Assembly: GCF_018977255.1 (NCBI RefSeq)
Contig: NW_024704742.1
Coordinates: forward strand, 18,602,001-18,666,000
From: Callorhinchus milii
Taxonomy: Eukaryota
Length of the DNA: 64,000 nucleotides
Direction: 5' to 3'
In this document: one piece after another, positions 49,790 to 62,750 of the stretch
Layout: every line of letters starts with the position of its first letter
Position numbering within the stretch: position 1 is the first letter of the stretch
The notes under the pieces: model-generated
The model's input: the letters and a program-made list of their open reading frames with translations, nothing else
The model's database searches: none
What the model was told of the DNA's origin: nothing
Program-made: the position numbers and the translations under genes

Positions 49790-52125
49790 GTCACTCAACT
49801 CCCCCCTCTCTCCCTCCTGCTGGCCAACATGGTCAACCAGTCTGTCTCCTCAGGCTCTGTTCCACTCCCCTGAAAACCGCTGTCATCACACCCCTCCTCA
49901 GAAAACCCACCCTTGATCCCTCTAATCTCTCACACTACCGTCCCATTTCCAACCTACGCTTCCTTGCCAAAGTCCTGGAATGCATTGTTGCAGGTCAACT
50001 TCGGTTACATGTCTCCCTCCACTCTCTCCTCGAGCTCCTGCAGTCTGGTTTTTGCCCTGGCCACAGCACAGAGATAGCACTTGTCAAAGTCACAAGTGAC
50101 ATTCTCTCTATCTGTAACCAGGATTTCCTCTGCCTGCTCGTCCTTTTGGATCTCTCTGCCGTGTTTGACACAGTCAACCACGCCATCCTCCTCCATCGGC
50201 TCTCCTTCCTCATCTACCTTAGTGGGACCACACTCGCATGGTTCGAGTCCTACTTAACCAACCGCCTCCATTTCATCTCAGCAAATCGTTTCTCCTCCCG
50301 CCCCCATCCGGTCACCTGCGGGGCACCGCAGGGCTCCATCCTTGGCCCTCTTCTTTTCCTATCTATATGCTCCCTCTGGGCGATGTCATCCACAGACACG
50401 GGGTAAACTTCCACATGTATGCAGATGACACACAAATCTACTTGGTCTCCTCCAGTACCAACTCCAGGTCCGCCGATGTTCTACAAGAACAACAACAGCA
50501 ACTTGGATTTATATAGCGCTCTCCACGCCGGATGGCGTCTTAGAGCGCTTCACACTAGCAGATCCTGGGGCCGAGCCAGGGGGAGGGGAGGGAGGTGACA
50601 AAAGGCGCAGTCAAAAAGAAAGGTCTTCAGCAGAGACCTGAAAATAAGAAGAGAAAGGGCGAGGTGAAGGCAGTGAGGAAGGGAGTTCCAGAGCCTTGGG
50701 GTGTAGTGGCTGAAGGCATGGCCGCCGAGGGTGGAGCGGAGGACTCGAGGGACAAGGAGAAGGTCAGACCCGAAGGAACAAAGGCAATGGCACTGTTTGA
50801 GGAGAGAGGAGGTCAGAGAGGTAGGGGGGTGCAGAGGAGTGGAGGATCTTGAAGTCGATCCTCTCTGGGACAAGCAGCCAGTGCAGTCTGGCGAGGAATG
50901 GAGTAATCGCGGAACGGAGTTTAATGCGGGTGAGAATGCGGGCGGCAGAGTTTTGAATAATCTGGATTTTATGGATGGTAGTGGAGGGGAGGCTGGCGAG
51001 GAGGGCATTTGAATAGTCCAGCCGAGAGGTGACAAAGGCATGGACCAGGGTATCAGTGGCTTTCGGAGAGAGGTATTGGCAGAGACGGGCGATGCGTCGG
51101 ATGTGGAAGAAAGCAGTGCTGATGAGGGACCGGATGTGGGGGAGGAAGGATAATTGTGGCTCGAACCTGACGACTAGGTTCATTACAGGGTCGGAGAGTT
51201 TTAGGGGAAGGTCGGGTAAGTGGAGTAGGTGAGAACCGTGAGATTTATCAGCATCTATCAGCTTGTCTGGCAGACATCAGGGCTTGGATGAGTGCAAGCA
51301 TCCTGCAGCTGAATATGGACAAGACAGAAGCCATACTCCTTGACTCCCATCAATGTCTTCACTCCTGTGGATCTAAACTCCTCAACCTCCCTGGGATCTC
51401 CCTCAGACTCACCAAACCAATAAGCAACCTAGGATCTGGTTTGAGCCCCAGCTGAACTTCCTCCCCCACATCTGGTCCCTGACCAGGACCGCTTTCTTCC
51501 ACCTCTGCCACATTGCCAGCCTCCGACCTTACTTTGCCCCAAATGCAGCCATTCGTGAATGCATTTGTCACCTCCTGCTTGGGTTACTTCAATGCACTCC
51601 TCGGCGGTCTCCCCAGTTCCACCATTCACAAGATGCAGCTCATTCAGAGCTCTGTTGCCCCATACTCACCGGACCAAACTCCGTACCCACATTTCACCAG
51701 TTCTGGCCAGGCTCCACTGGCTCCCCATCACTGAACAGATCAACTTCAAGTTCCTCACTCTCATGTTCAAATCCATTCAGTCTCTGGCAGCTCCCTACTT
51801 CGCGGACCTCCTCACTCCCCAATCCACCAGCCGGCACCTCCGCTGGACTGGCACGGGCCTCCTGCTCGTCCCTCGAACTCTCCACCCCACAATCGGAGGT
51901 TGCACTTTCAGCCACTACTCCCCAAAACTCTGGTACGCTCTCACTCAATCTCTCTGCCTTGCCCCCTCTCTCTCTTCTTTGAAGTCCCGCCTGAAAACTT
52001 TCCTTTTCAACCGTGCTTACGGCCATCTCTGACCTCCCTGCAGCTCGGAATCAAGCTCTGCCATTATTAAGCCTTCTGAGACACTATCCTGAGCGGAGGG
52101 CACTATATAAGTGCAAGTTATTATT
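49790..52125 (+). mobile_element. L2 LINE (RT domain to tail) split by an opposite-strand L2
   Basis: DLSAVFDTVNHAILLHRLS...[13 protein letters not shown] and [12 protein letters not shown] in 49790..50483; resumes at 51254 (tctatcagcttgtctggcagacatc) and runs to LHWLPITEQINFKFLTL...LKTFLF and the tail. Confidence 0.93.
50484..51253 (-). mobile_element. L2 LINE 3' fragment nested in another L2
   Basis: ORF 50764..51183(-) reads AFFHIRRIARLCQYLSPKATDTLVHAFVTSRLDYSNALLASLP...IQNSAARILTR...LHWL; (caa)n tail at 50484..50500. Confidence 0.93.
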
Positions 52126-53199
52126 GTATTGTATCCCAAAATTTGTATTAACCACAAATTCAGAAATGCAAGGATTATTATTATTATGATGTGTACTTGC
52201 CACAAAGTTGAATCTGCACCTCATAATACTATTGAGTTTGATTCATTAAGACCTGTCTGACCATCATGACTGGTTTGCATTCGATATTCTCAAGTACTGT
52301 TTGTTTCAATGTATTAAAATGATCAACAAAAATGGGGAAGGTTTGTGAGTTTGTGTAGCTTTAATACGAAATCCCAGGTACTCAGGTGTCAGGAATTTTA
52401 CATCACTATCAACTTATTGGCATCCATCTGAAATAAACAATAAAACATTCTCTGGCACCTCTGTTTACCCTCTCTTCCTTCCTCTTCTCATTCTTCTTGT
52501 TCCCTATCAAGGTCTTTTTTTTCTCTGATCTTCTACACCAATAAAACGACAATGCCTGTCTGTGTTTCAAGAAGGATCTCAATAACCGATTGATGTAGAG
52601 ACATAATTTATACCTCGTCAGAAAGGTCTTGCAACTGGGAGTGACATGGGCACATTTGTCTTCAGTTATTTCCTATTGTTCATGAATTATTTTCAGTTTT
52701 GCATTTTTGCTGCAGTTACATCTGGTGGCCACTGAGTCAAAGTGGCGCTGTGGTATCATGCATCACAGAGCACCTACCTATGTACGGGCACACTGCAGTT
52801 AAACCTGGTGGCCGTACCGGCTGACTGTGCGCCACAGAGCACAGCACGTACGTAGCCAAGCAGCGGGAACAAAATTAAGAACACAGACGAAGCAAAGCCA
52901 CAGCAACAACAACAAAATTACATTTCTCCCACTAAGTCTTCCCAAAAGGAGTCCTCTCACAGGAGCCCTCCCAGATGAATATAGATAAAGATGAAATGTT
53001 TGTCTGTGTGTCAATCTACATTCCATATTGGATCCTTTGGTTGTAAGAGTAGCTGCAACAGGTACAGCTAGTCTATAATATGGGATGAACATGCAATATG
53101 TGATGTGATAATTATCGTTGATTATAAACTTTCAAAGTTGGGTTAAACTGAAACTTCTGAACCAGCTTTGAAATCCCAAATCAGGGGTTTCTTGAGCTC

Positions 53200-53505
53200 A
53201 TAAATTAGGCTGACTCCAGTGTAATGGTGGGGGAGTACTAATTTTCAGAGATACTGTACTTGGGATGAAATGTTAAACCAAGGTCTTGTTTGCTTATACA
53301 GGTGGATGTTAAAGATCCCATGGCATATTTGAAAAGTGAAGGGAGTTTGTGTCCTGGCAAACAGTCGCCCATATAGAATTACTCATTCATTTCATGGGAC
53401 ATTGATATCTGCAAATTCAGAGTCACTGCACTCTCCAGTAAATCCTGTGAAGTGCTTTGTGACATTTCAATGGTGTAATAAGGCACTATGTTAAACACAA
53501 GAATG
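53200..53505 (+). mobile_element. SINE family B, lacking head
   Basis: taggctgactccagtg...ggatgaaatgttaaaccaagg...caggtggatgttaaagatcccatggca. Confidence 0.78.
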
Positions 53506-54514
53506 ATTTTTTTTCACTTTAGTCTCATTCTCCTGCCTTTTTCCCATACCTTTCTCTATTTCCCTTTGCGGTTTTGTTGTGGAAAATTGTCAGTTAATGA
53601 AAGGAAAATGAGCCCTGTGATCCTCCACTGAAGTGAAGGTGCTATTGTGAAGAACAAGTGGACATGCACACAACCTTCACTTCAAAATCAATAACTATGA
53701 TTGATGAGATTTGTTGAGCTGCAAAGGAACTCCCTCTGATGGTAAACGTGAGTGTTCTAACGAACACAACAAGAAAATTGCCCACAGGCAAGTTCACTTG
53801 TAAAATCTGTTTCATTCTGTGGGGGTGAAATGTACGGATACATATGGATGCACATCTTGGAAATATAGCAATCATTGACTTGTTGAGTGTAATTACCAAT
53901 TGACCTTAGTCTGTGCTCCAGGTCACATTGAACTTTGTGTCACCATGTCTTAAAGATCACAAAAGCCACAGCAATTTTCACTTCATCTGAGAACAGGGAG
54001 GTTCTGAAGGTTTAATTACCACCTGGAATTTAAAAATGAAAATAGATGAATAATTAATTCAACACAACTGCAAAGAATCTAATTGACCTAACTCTAAACC
54101 TCCCTTAATGTTGAATCCAGACAATGTGCCAGTTCCCCACGGCTCTTGTTTAACTTCAATCTTGTGTGTAAGAACGTTGAGAAAAGTCATGGCAATAAGC
54201 CAAATGGACTAAGTGGTACTAGTTAGGAACATTTTTTTCAGTGCTGGATCCAAGCTTCAAACTTTACATACCTCTATTATAAGGGGAGTGATTTTTTCCT
54301 CTATAGATAATTTTAACCTTGACTTAGAGCCATGTGGAAACCAGCAGTTGTAGATTTGGGCAGGATTTATGCCCACTTTACATCAATGAACTAAAGTCAC
54401 CACTTAACTAATTATGGGATGGAGAATCCAGCTTGTCTTTGATATCTGTGAATTTCAATTAGTTACACAGAATATTAAAGTGTCCCTTTAAATCACACTC
54501 AAAACAAACTTGTT

Positions 54515-54840
54515 TTGATCAGTCAAATGTCTAACACATGCTTAAGAGTATCCAAACGAGATTGAGAGTTCCACACATGTATACCACCTTCAATAGGAAA
54601 CTTACCTGTGTCTCGAATGGAATGCGCACATTCTCTCTGAAAATAATTCAAGATAATATTAGGCACGGGTTGGCACGAGCCAAGCTTGGGGACCCTAAAG
54701 TGTGAGTTTGGAGTACTCCTGGAGTACACCAGTTGAAACCACATAACTTGCCATTGTCTAACTAGTACCATCCTACCCATAGGGCTTTGAGTTGCAGCGT
54801 TAACAGAAGCCAAGAGGGAAGACTCCTTGACCCCAGTGAT
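54515..54840 (-). mobile_element. Repeat family R copy
   Basis: catgcttaagagtatccaaacgagattgagagttccacacatg closely matches 13210..13250 (catgcttaagagtatcaaaccagattgagagtccatg); further shared blocks follow. Confidence 0.62.
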
Positions 54841-55349
54841 CACAAACTTTAATCCAATTGTTGTTTCTGGATGGAAGACAGAATGTGAATTATAGAATAA
54901 TTACGTTTTCACTGGAGCTTCACAAATTCATGGCTTAATTTTATTCCAGTTTCCCTGGTTCTGCAGCAAACTATAACAATAGTTACTATCACCTTTGGGC
55001 ACTACAATAGTGGGCACAGAAAGCTTCCAGTTGGCTTTGGACCGAATTCTTGTGCCAAAATCAAGAAGCTGTTCACTCCTGTTGCCAGACAAGAATCAAA
55101 CAATTCAGCTTACATTTTTATAGCACCTTTCATTTTGTGAGGAATTCTCAAAGTGTATGGCACTAATGACTGGGCACCAGAGCAAGGGGTGGGAGCCAAA
55201 GGGAGTAGGGAGGGGAGAGATGATCGAAAGCACAGTCAAAAGGTAGGTGTCGAGATGGGGTGAGGGAGCGGGCGAGTTGGAGGACTCCAACATGGAGTTT
55301 CCTTCTTTTTATTCAGAGATGCAGTTGAAGCAACCGGTTTGGATTCTAC

Positions 55350-56120
55350 GCTGTAAGAACGTAGTTGAGACGTTTCAAAGTGCTTCACAGGATACACCCC
55401 CAAGTGGTGTGACTGTACTTTGTGAGCGATTGCGGCAGCAAATTTGCTCACAGCAATGTCCCACTATCAGCCATGGAATGAGTGACCAATTTTATTTGGG
55501 AAAGTGTTGCCCAGGACGCAAGGAGAAACTCCCTTCTCTTTTCAAATAGTGCCATAGAACTTTAACAACAGGCAGGTAATAATAATCCTTGTATTTGATA
55601 TGGCGACTTATCACATCATTGAGCCGTCTCAAAGGGCTACACAGTATTTACTGTAGAGAGAATTAGCTGTATATTTTGTGGACGAAACGCGGAAGCAGCC
55701 AATTGCACGCAGCAGTGTCTCACAAACAGTCATGGATTGAGTGACCAAATTATTATTATTATTATTTTATTTATTTTTTGAAATGATTATTACCCCCAGA
55801 AAAGCGATCCGCCAATCAACTAACAATTGGTTCCTACTTACCGCTAGCTAAACAGAGGTGTGTGGAGTGAGGAAACTTGACCAAAGTTTCGCCCTGCCCA
55901 GGAATCGAACCCAGGTCCTCTTGCTTGCGAGGCGAGTGCTCTAATTAGTAAGGTACAGGACTCCACAGTTGCGAGAATACCATCTCTGACAATAGAGTAC
56001 ATCTCCAGTAATACATTGGAGGGCTATTTTACACAAAATGGGTTCCAAGTTCTTTTGTGGGGCTTGAACCCACAACTTTCTGACTCAGAGGTGAGAGTGC
56101 TAACGACTGAGCCAGGCTGA
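55350..56120 (-). mobile_element. SINE family B split by a SINE A insertion
   Basis: 3' body at 55350..55576. Deu-like segment and head (gggcttgaacccacaactttctgactcagaggtgagagtgctaacgactgagcc) at 55970..56120. Confidence 0.78.
55577..55964 (-). mobile_element. SINE family A, long variant
   Basis: Complete tail, body and head (ggaatcgaacccaggtcctcttgcttgcgaggcgagtgctctaa...acaggactcc). Confidence 0.9.
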
Positions 56121-57419
56121 CACACATATATTAGACAAATGAATATCACACCAGATGACTGCTTGTTGAGACTTTGAGGATGGCCCATAAAAATATTAAA
56201 ATGGAGCAAGACATTTTAGCCAAAGTTTCCATTGTTCCATAAATAACGAATAAGCAGCACTTTTGATAAGTGTTTGAATTATGATGACAATATATTCTTG
56301 TGAAAGGATAAAGTGAGAATTCTGTGGCAAGTGTAGTTTGGTAAATAATTAGAAAATGTCCATTCAATTTTCAGCAAATGGAATAATACTGCTTTCAGAG
56401 TGAGGAACCGGCTGGGGAAGATAAGACTGAATCATTTCTAAGGAAACAGCCTTATGTTTTGAGGTTTTGAGTTTATCATCTAAGCTAACACTCCAGTGCA
56501 GAGCTGGGGGGAGCACAGCATTGTCAGATGTGCCATCCTTCAGATGAGTTTCTCCTGGTATCCTGGCTGACAATCACCTAGATAAATTCGGTCATTCCCT
56601 TTGAATTGGTTGCCACATTCGTCCAAATGTGAATCCTAAATCAATGTTGTGTCCATTGTATTTGGGCACAGCAATATCCCACAAATGGCCATGCAGTGAG
56701 TGGACATTTTTTTAATCTGAGGGATTATTGGTTAGGATACTGGAAGAAACTCACTTCTATTTTTGAATTGTCCTATAAGATCTTTAATATCTACCTGAAT
56801 AGGTAGATGATGATGATAATACTGTAATCCTTGCATTTGAAACAGTGTCTCATAATGACTCCGGCACATCTCAAAGCGCTTCACATAATTGTTTTGCTGT
56901 TAAGTGTAGTGAGTGTGTATTTGTTGCAAAATACTCTATTGATAAAGATGAAGATGGTGTGAATAAAGGTAGAGTTTTATCCATAAGGTTAAATTTATGA
57001 AAGCTTGATATTTTTATTCTGTGTATTTAATGCTTCTGCTGCTTAATGCTAGAATATACATTTCAAGGACAACTTTTAAAGTCAATTTCACATTAGTTTT
57101 GGCACACACGACTGTGCAGTCGGCTGAAATTAGTACAGATACAAACATTTATCATCAGTAAGACTTGAGAAGCAAGCTTCTTATCATCACATTGCCAACA
57201 ATTCTATGGGGTCTCATTTCATTGCTAATTCAATATTCTTATTATATTTATATAATAAATTAATTCAAGGTCTCTAATGCACTTTTTTAAATATGTTTAA
57301 GCACTGGCAACATATTTGTTCTCACTGAGAAGAGATATCAATACTAATATTTAAAGTTTGTTAGAGTTCTGTCCTCCGATTTGTATAACCCTTTGCAGCA
57401 CAAGTGATAGATTGCGGCA

Positions 57420-59690
57420 AAACAACAAATTGCATTTCTACAACAACAACAACAACATTTTATATTGCACCCTTCACATTGGGTAGCTTCCCGGAGTGCT
57501 GGCCAGTCAGGAATTTGTACACAAGCAGGAGGTTGGGATCAGGAAAGCTGGGAGGTTAGGAGTAGGAGAGTGGCTGAAGGCAAGGTCGAAGAGGAGGGTT
57601 TTGAGATGTGCCTTGAAGGAGGCAAGGGAGGGGGCAAGGTGAAGGGACTGTGGGATGGAGTTTCAAAGGGTGAGGGCAGAGAGGCTGAAGGCCAACCGAT
57701 GATGGTGAGACGGGCCGGGCGGGGGACGTGGCGTAGGCCAGAGCCTGCTGAGCGGAGGGAATGGATAGGTTGTTATGGGACTAGCAGATCACTGTGGAGG
57801 GCCTTGAAAGGACATAACAACAATAACAACAAATTGCATTTAGTTAACGTCTTTCACATTGGGAAGAGGAGCTTGGAAGGTCACAGAGGTGTGGTGAGGC
57901 AAGATTGTGAAGGGCCTTAATAGTGAGGATGAGGATCTTAAACTCCATCCTCTGGGGGATGTGGAGCCAACGGAGCTAGACAAAAATGGGGTTGATTGGC
58001 TCATGGGGCCAAGTGCACAAGAAATCACAAAACTGTAGAGTTCTGAATAGTTGGTAGTTTGCGGAGGGAAGAGTTGGGAAGTCTGGCAAGCAGAGAGTTA
58101 GTATAACCAAGCCTGCAAGTGATAAAACAACGGATAAGAGTCTCGGTGGCCCGACAGGATAAGTTTAAAAGACAGTTGGAGTTTAACAAAATAATGGGGT
58201 TCCATACTGGCTCGGCTGAGTGGAGTGTGCATTCATGTATAGTTATGTTGTCGGTTCCTGAGGTGAGACGGCACTGACAGGAGCCAAGCAGCAGATGTTC
58301 CATCTTTTCAACATTGAACATTTCAACATTGAGAACATTGTCTCTCATCCAGGACTTAATGTCCAACTGGCAGTCCGCCAGCCCAGAAGTGGTTCTAGAG
58401 TTGAGGGTGGATGCAGAGAGATATAGTTGGATGTCACCTGCATACATGTGGAAGTTGAACCCATGTCAGTGAATGATATCACTGAGCACAAGCATGTGGA
58501 TATTAAAGAGGAGAGGACCAAGGATAGAGTCCTATGGAATGACACACGTGACAGTGCAGGAACAGGAGAGGAAGCTGTTGGCAGATACAAAATAGAGATG
58601 TTGGGATAGGTGAGACTGAAACCAGACAAGAACAGAACTGTGACAATGGAGCTAAGGAGAAGCAATGGAGAAGAATGAATGGTCAACAGTATCGAAAGTG
58701 GCAGAAAGATCAAAAAGGATGAGGAGATAAAGAGAGCCTTGGTCACAGATAGAGAGAATATAATTTGTGACTTTGATCAGAATGTTCTCTGTACTGTAAG
58801 CAGCATTGGATTCCAGATTAGATAGGTTCATACAGGGAGTACAAGGAGAGGAAACAGTGAAACTGGGAAACAATTACTTATTTCAGTGCCTTAGAAAGGA
58901 AGGGAGCTTGGAGATGGGAGGCTAGTTAGGGAACAGGAATGGGTCAAGGGAAGTTTTTTTGAGGATGGGGTGATGACAGCTGATTTTGAAGGGAATGAGA
59001 AATGTGCCGGTGGACAGAGAGAGGTTGATGATGTTAGCAGGAGCCAGGAAGATGGAGCTGGGAGATCAGGTGAGGGGTAGGGATGGGAGTCAAGGGAGCA
59101 GATGGTGAGGTTTATTTGGGAAATGATTAAGGAGAGAGAAGAGGGAGAGACACGGTCGAAAGTGTGGAGAGAAGATAGGTGGAGGCCAGAGGGAGAGGCG
59201 ATCAGTAGCAAGAACAGAGGCAGCAGAGTGGATCCTCTTGATTTTGGATTCACATTTGGAGTTGGACGAGAGGCTGAGAAGAGCGTGGGAAGATGGACAA
59301 AGAAGCTAGTTGTGGTGGAGAAGAGGAGCCTGGGGTTGTTCTTGTCCTCCATGATGATCCTGGAGTAGAATGATGATTTAACTGAAACAAGGGCAGAGTA
59401 ATAGGTTTTTATGTGGTCCAGCCAAATCTGGAGATGGGCCATTGGGTTGGATTTGAACCTGGTGCGCTCAGAGGCACATGCATGTGATTTGAGAGAACGG
59501 AAGTGGCTGGTGTAACAAGGGTACTTGTGGGAGTAGGAGCAGTGCGGAAGGTGATGGAGCTAAGAGTGTCAAGGATTCTAGAGAGGGACTTATGAAGGAG
59601 AGTGACCAAGGTGGTAAGATTGTAGCGGGAAGAGGCACAGAGGGGCAGGAGTTCAGATAACTCAAGTGCAGCAGAGAAGGAATGGGGGGA
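57420..59690 (-). mobile_element. Longest L2 relic in the window (probably a composite of two copies; second tail at about 57813..57870)
   Basis: HIKTYYSALVSVKSSFYSRIIMEDKNNPRLLFST, STENILIKVTNYILSICDQGSLYLLILFDLSATFDTVDH, MYAGDIQLYL, TETLIRCFITCRLGYTNSLLARLP; many frameshifts. Confidence 0.92.
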
Positions 59691-60721
59691 GATTTTACTT
59701 TACAAAACAGTGGTTTCTTGGGGCAATATTTTTTCCAGACATTGTGATCATCCCAAATTAAATTGAAATTATGTTCATGTTATAAAGACTGTTCTGCAAT
59801 GCAATCACACAAAAGTGCATTATATAACAATATCTTAAATCTTAATTCATATTGATTTCAATACAATTCTCCATTTTTTTTAAAAGAAAAATTAAGGTTG
59901 AGCAAAGTGCTGGATTTTGTGTATGTTAGCTTTTTATTATTGTTGGCATAGAGCCCAAGACATAAATTTAAATGATCTATTCTAAGGTCTAAACCTTTCA
60001 GTTGCAGTTAATAAAGTTAGCACTGTTGTTGGAAAATCTACTGAGATTAAGGGTTTATCATAAATTATGAAGCAAATGTTGCTTTCACTGTAAGTTGCAA
60101 ACCTTAGCTGAAAGTGCTGTATACTCCAATGCATTTCCAAAGTGTCTACCAAATGAATGATTTATAAAAGACAATAAATGACCTTATGGAATCGTGTTAC
60201 TATAAATATAGACAGCCTGAAGAGAAAGGTTATTTATCAAATTCAAACTGACTAATTAAAGCTGCTTCGATCTTAGAAGCATAGCATGTGGATCATAAGC
60301 TTGGTAAAAACAGACTCAATTTCAGAGTTTTATGCAGATTCTGTATTGTTTGTGCTGGCTCAGCCTCAATTTACACTACATGTTTAGCAGCAAATTACCA
60401 AACAGCCTGCATAAAATTTAGCAATAGACACTATTGCTACATAATGACTGCTTCATAAGGGCATAAGTCAAGTTGAAACCTTTATATGGTCCAATCTTAT
60501 CATCTGTCACAATGATAAATTTATCACATTGTGCATGCACTTCTGCCTACATTTCCAAGGTGCAAAATCTGACTTGTAGAAAAGGTACATTTAACCCTGC
60601 TCATTCCTGCTCTGAACCTGTCCGGGAACCAGTGATTCAAATTCTTGTCCCTGACTGCTTCCTCTCCTCCACTCCACTCCGGATTGCATTCCGGGGATAA
60701 TAAGCCCTTAAACAATATTAT

Positions 60722-60992
60722 AAAATAGTCAATTCACTTTACAGTATATTCTGTGAAGCACTTTGAGACGTCTTGACGACGTGATAAGGTGCTATATCAA
60801 ATGCAAGAATTATTATTATTATAATTTGGTCATTCAAATCCTCGAGTGTTTGTGCGACACTTCATTGGACAATTGGCTGCTGTGTTTCATCCACAGAATA
60901 CACAGTAATTCACTTTACAATGTATTCTGTGAAGCCTTTGAGATGTCTCAAAGACGCGATAAGGTGCTATATCAAATGCAAGGATTATTATA
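60722..60992 (+). mobile_element. Two tandem SINE A 3' fragments
   Basis: aattcactttaca...tattctgtgaag...tttgaga...gataaggtgctatatcaaatgcaag(att)n occurs twice, ending near 60822 and 60992. Confidence 0.82.
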
Positions 60993-62624
60993 TATTATAT
61001 ATGACTTTGCTGCTTCCAAGCAGAGATCTTTATAGAAACGTATTCTTTTTAACTGAATTGCAGTTTGTCCACCAGTTCAAAGGGTTTATTTTGTTGCAGA
61101 TTTCTAAGTTGTATCTTTGAGGGTAGATCAGTAAAAGGAAACTATGTTAAAGATTGTTGTTGAAGAAGGAAAAAAAACATTAATAACTGGAGCTGAAGGA
61201 GTGCAGATGCTGCTGTCATGATTTCCAGCACGAGCATAATGCCCAAAAAAGAAGAGAATCGAAAGGGCTGGGAAATCACAGTGAACACAATCGATAATAT
61301 TCCACAACTTATTTTCACAAAGTACAAAACTGGAGAGAAAGGTTTGACGATCTGAAACGAGGGACCTCATTCAAAGCGTTAGTGTACATCAAACGATTGT
61401 TCATAGATAAAGCAGGGACTCCCGTGCTGGTCTGAAGAGACATCATATAGTTAGAGGAAGCCCACTTTTGCGGGTGAAAGAGTCAATGAATTTCACAATT
61501 CCTTCAATTCTGGCAGGTGATAATCTGCTGTCATGATAATGCTAATTTAGACATAACAATTATACCCTTTTTCGGTACCATACCTAATAATAATACAGTA
61601 TTTGGCAAAGTTTGCTGAACTACAATATGCATTGTCATAGGAACATAGGAACAGGATTAGGTCATTCAGGATCTCGAGCCTGTTCCAACATTCCATTAGC
61701 TCATGGCTGAACTTCAACTGTACTTCAACTCTAATTAGAGTCATAGTGAAAGATGCAAACAGTGCGGCCTCACTTCCTGTCGCTGCCCGACTCCAGCAGT
61801 AACATAGATGACTTCAGGATCATTAGGTCAGCATGATGTCACTTCTTGTACTCTGCACATGCACACTGGACAGGAAGTCACGTTGGCCACTTTTTTTAAA
61901 CTCAGGAGCTGACCCTGACCAGCCTGCACATATCTATTCGTCTCATTGTAGGAATCATAATCAGTGTGTTATAATAGGCGTCCAATGTTCCCAAAGTGCC
62001 ATATTTTCCTTGGATCGAGCAGTGATGGATTGGCACCTCTCCCCATAAAATATTATTATTGATTTCAAACTCATGAAACCATTCATTCAGTGTGTCATTT
62101 TAGGTCTCATCTGTTTTATAAGTCAGCAGGATGCAAATGGACTGCCCAGGCATTGCTATTTCAAAGGAACCTGCAGCCTTTCTTATGGTTTTCCTGTGTT
62201 ATATTCCACTCCTCATCCACAGTTCTCTCCAAATTCAAATCAATTGACTGCTCCTTTTGTTGTTGTTTATGTTACAATTTACTAGTTATGTGTGTTGCAT
62301 TGTTTAGGGGGCATCGTTGGTGCAGATTGGCAGCCGTGTGCCTAAATATGAACAATATTCACTTTGTTTCTAATCGACTATATTTTGCAAAGCATTTAGA
62401 GATGGTATTTGTCCACGGTGGTTTATAAATATACGTCATCAGTACTAGTTCTTACTCTAAAAATGAATGAACTACCTTGAGATGCCCTTGGCTGATCCTC
62501 AGGCAGTGACAATGACTGGAGTAGTTGGGCAGAGCAAAGGGAGAGTCCTGAGGATACTCAGAATATTTATTCACTGAAGGCCTGGTATGTTTTTCAACTA
62601 GATCTATAGGTTTAATATATAATG

Positions 62625-62750
62625 ACAACAAAATTACATTTGCAAAGTGCCTTTCACGTCAGAAGGACGTTCCAAGGCTCTGAACAGTCAGGGATCAGGA
62701 CCCGGCATGGTGTGTATGGTTGGGATGAGGGAAGGCAGAGAGGTAGGATA
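62625..62750 (-). mobile_element. L2 tail fragment
   Basis: acaacaaaattacatttgcaaagtgcctttcacgtcagaaggacgttccaaggc...gggatcaggac. Confidence 0.75.
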
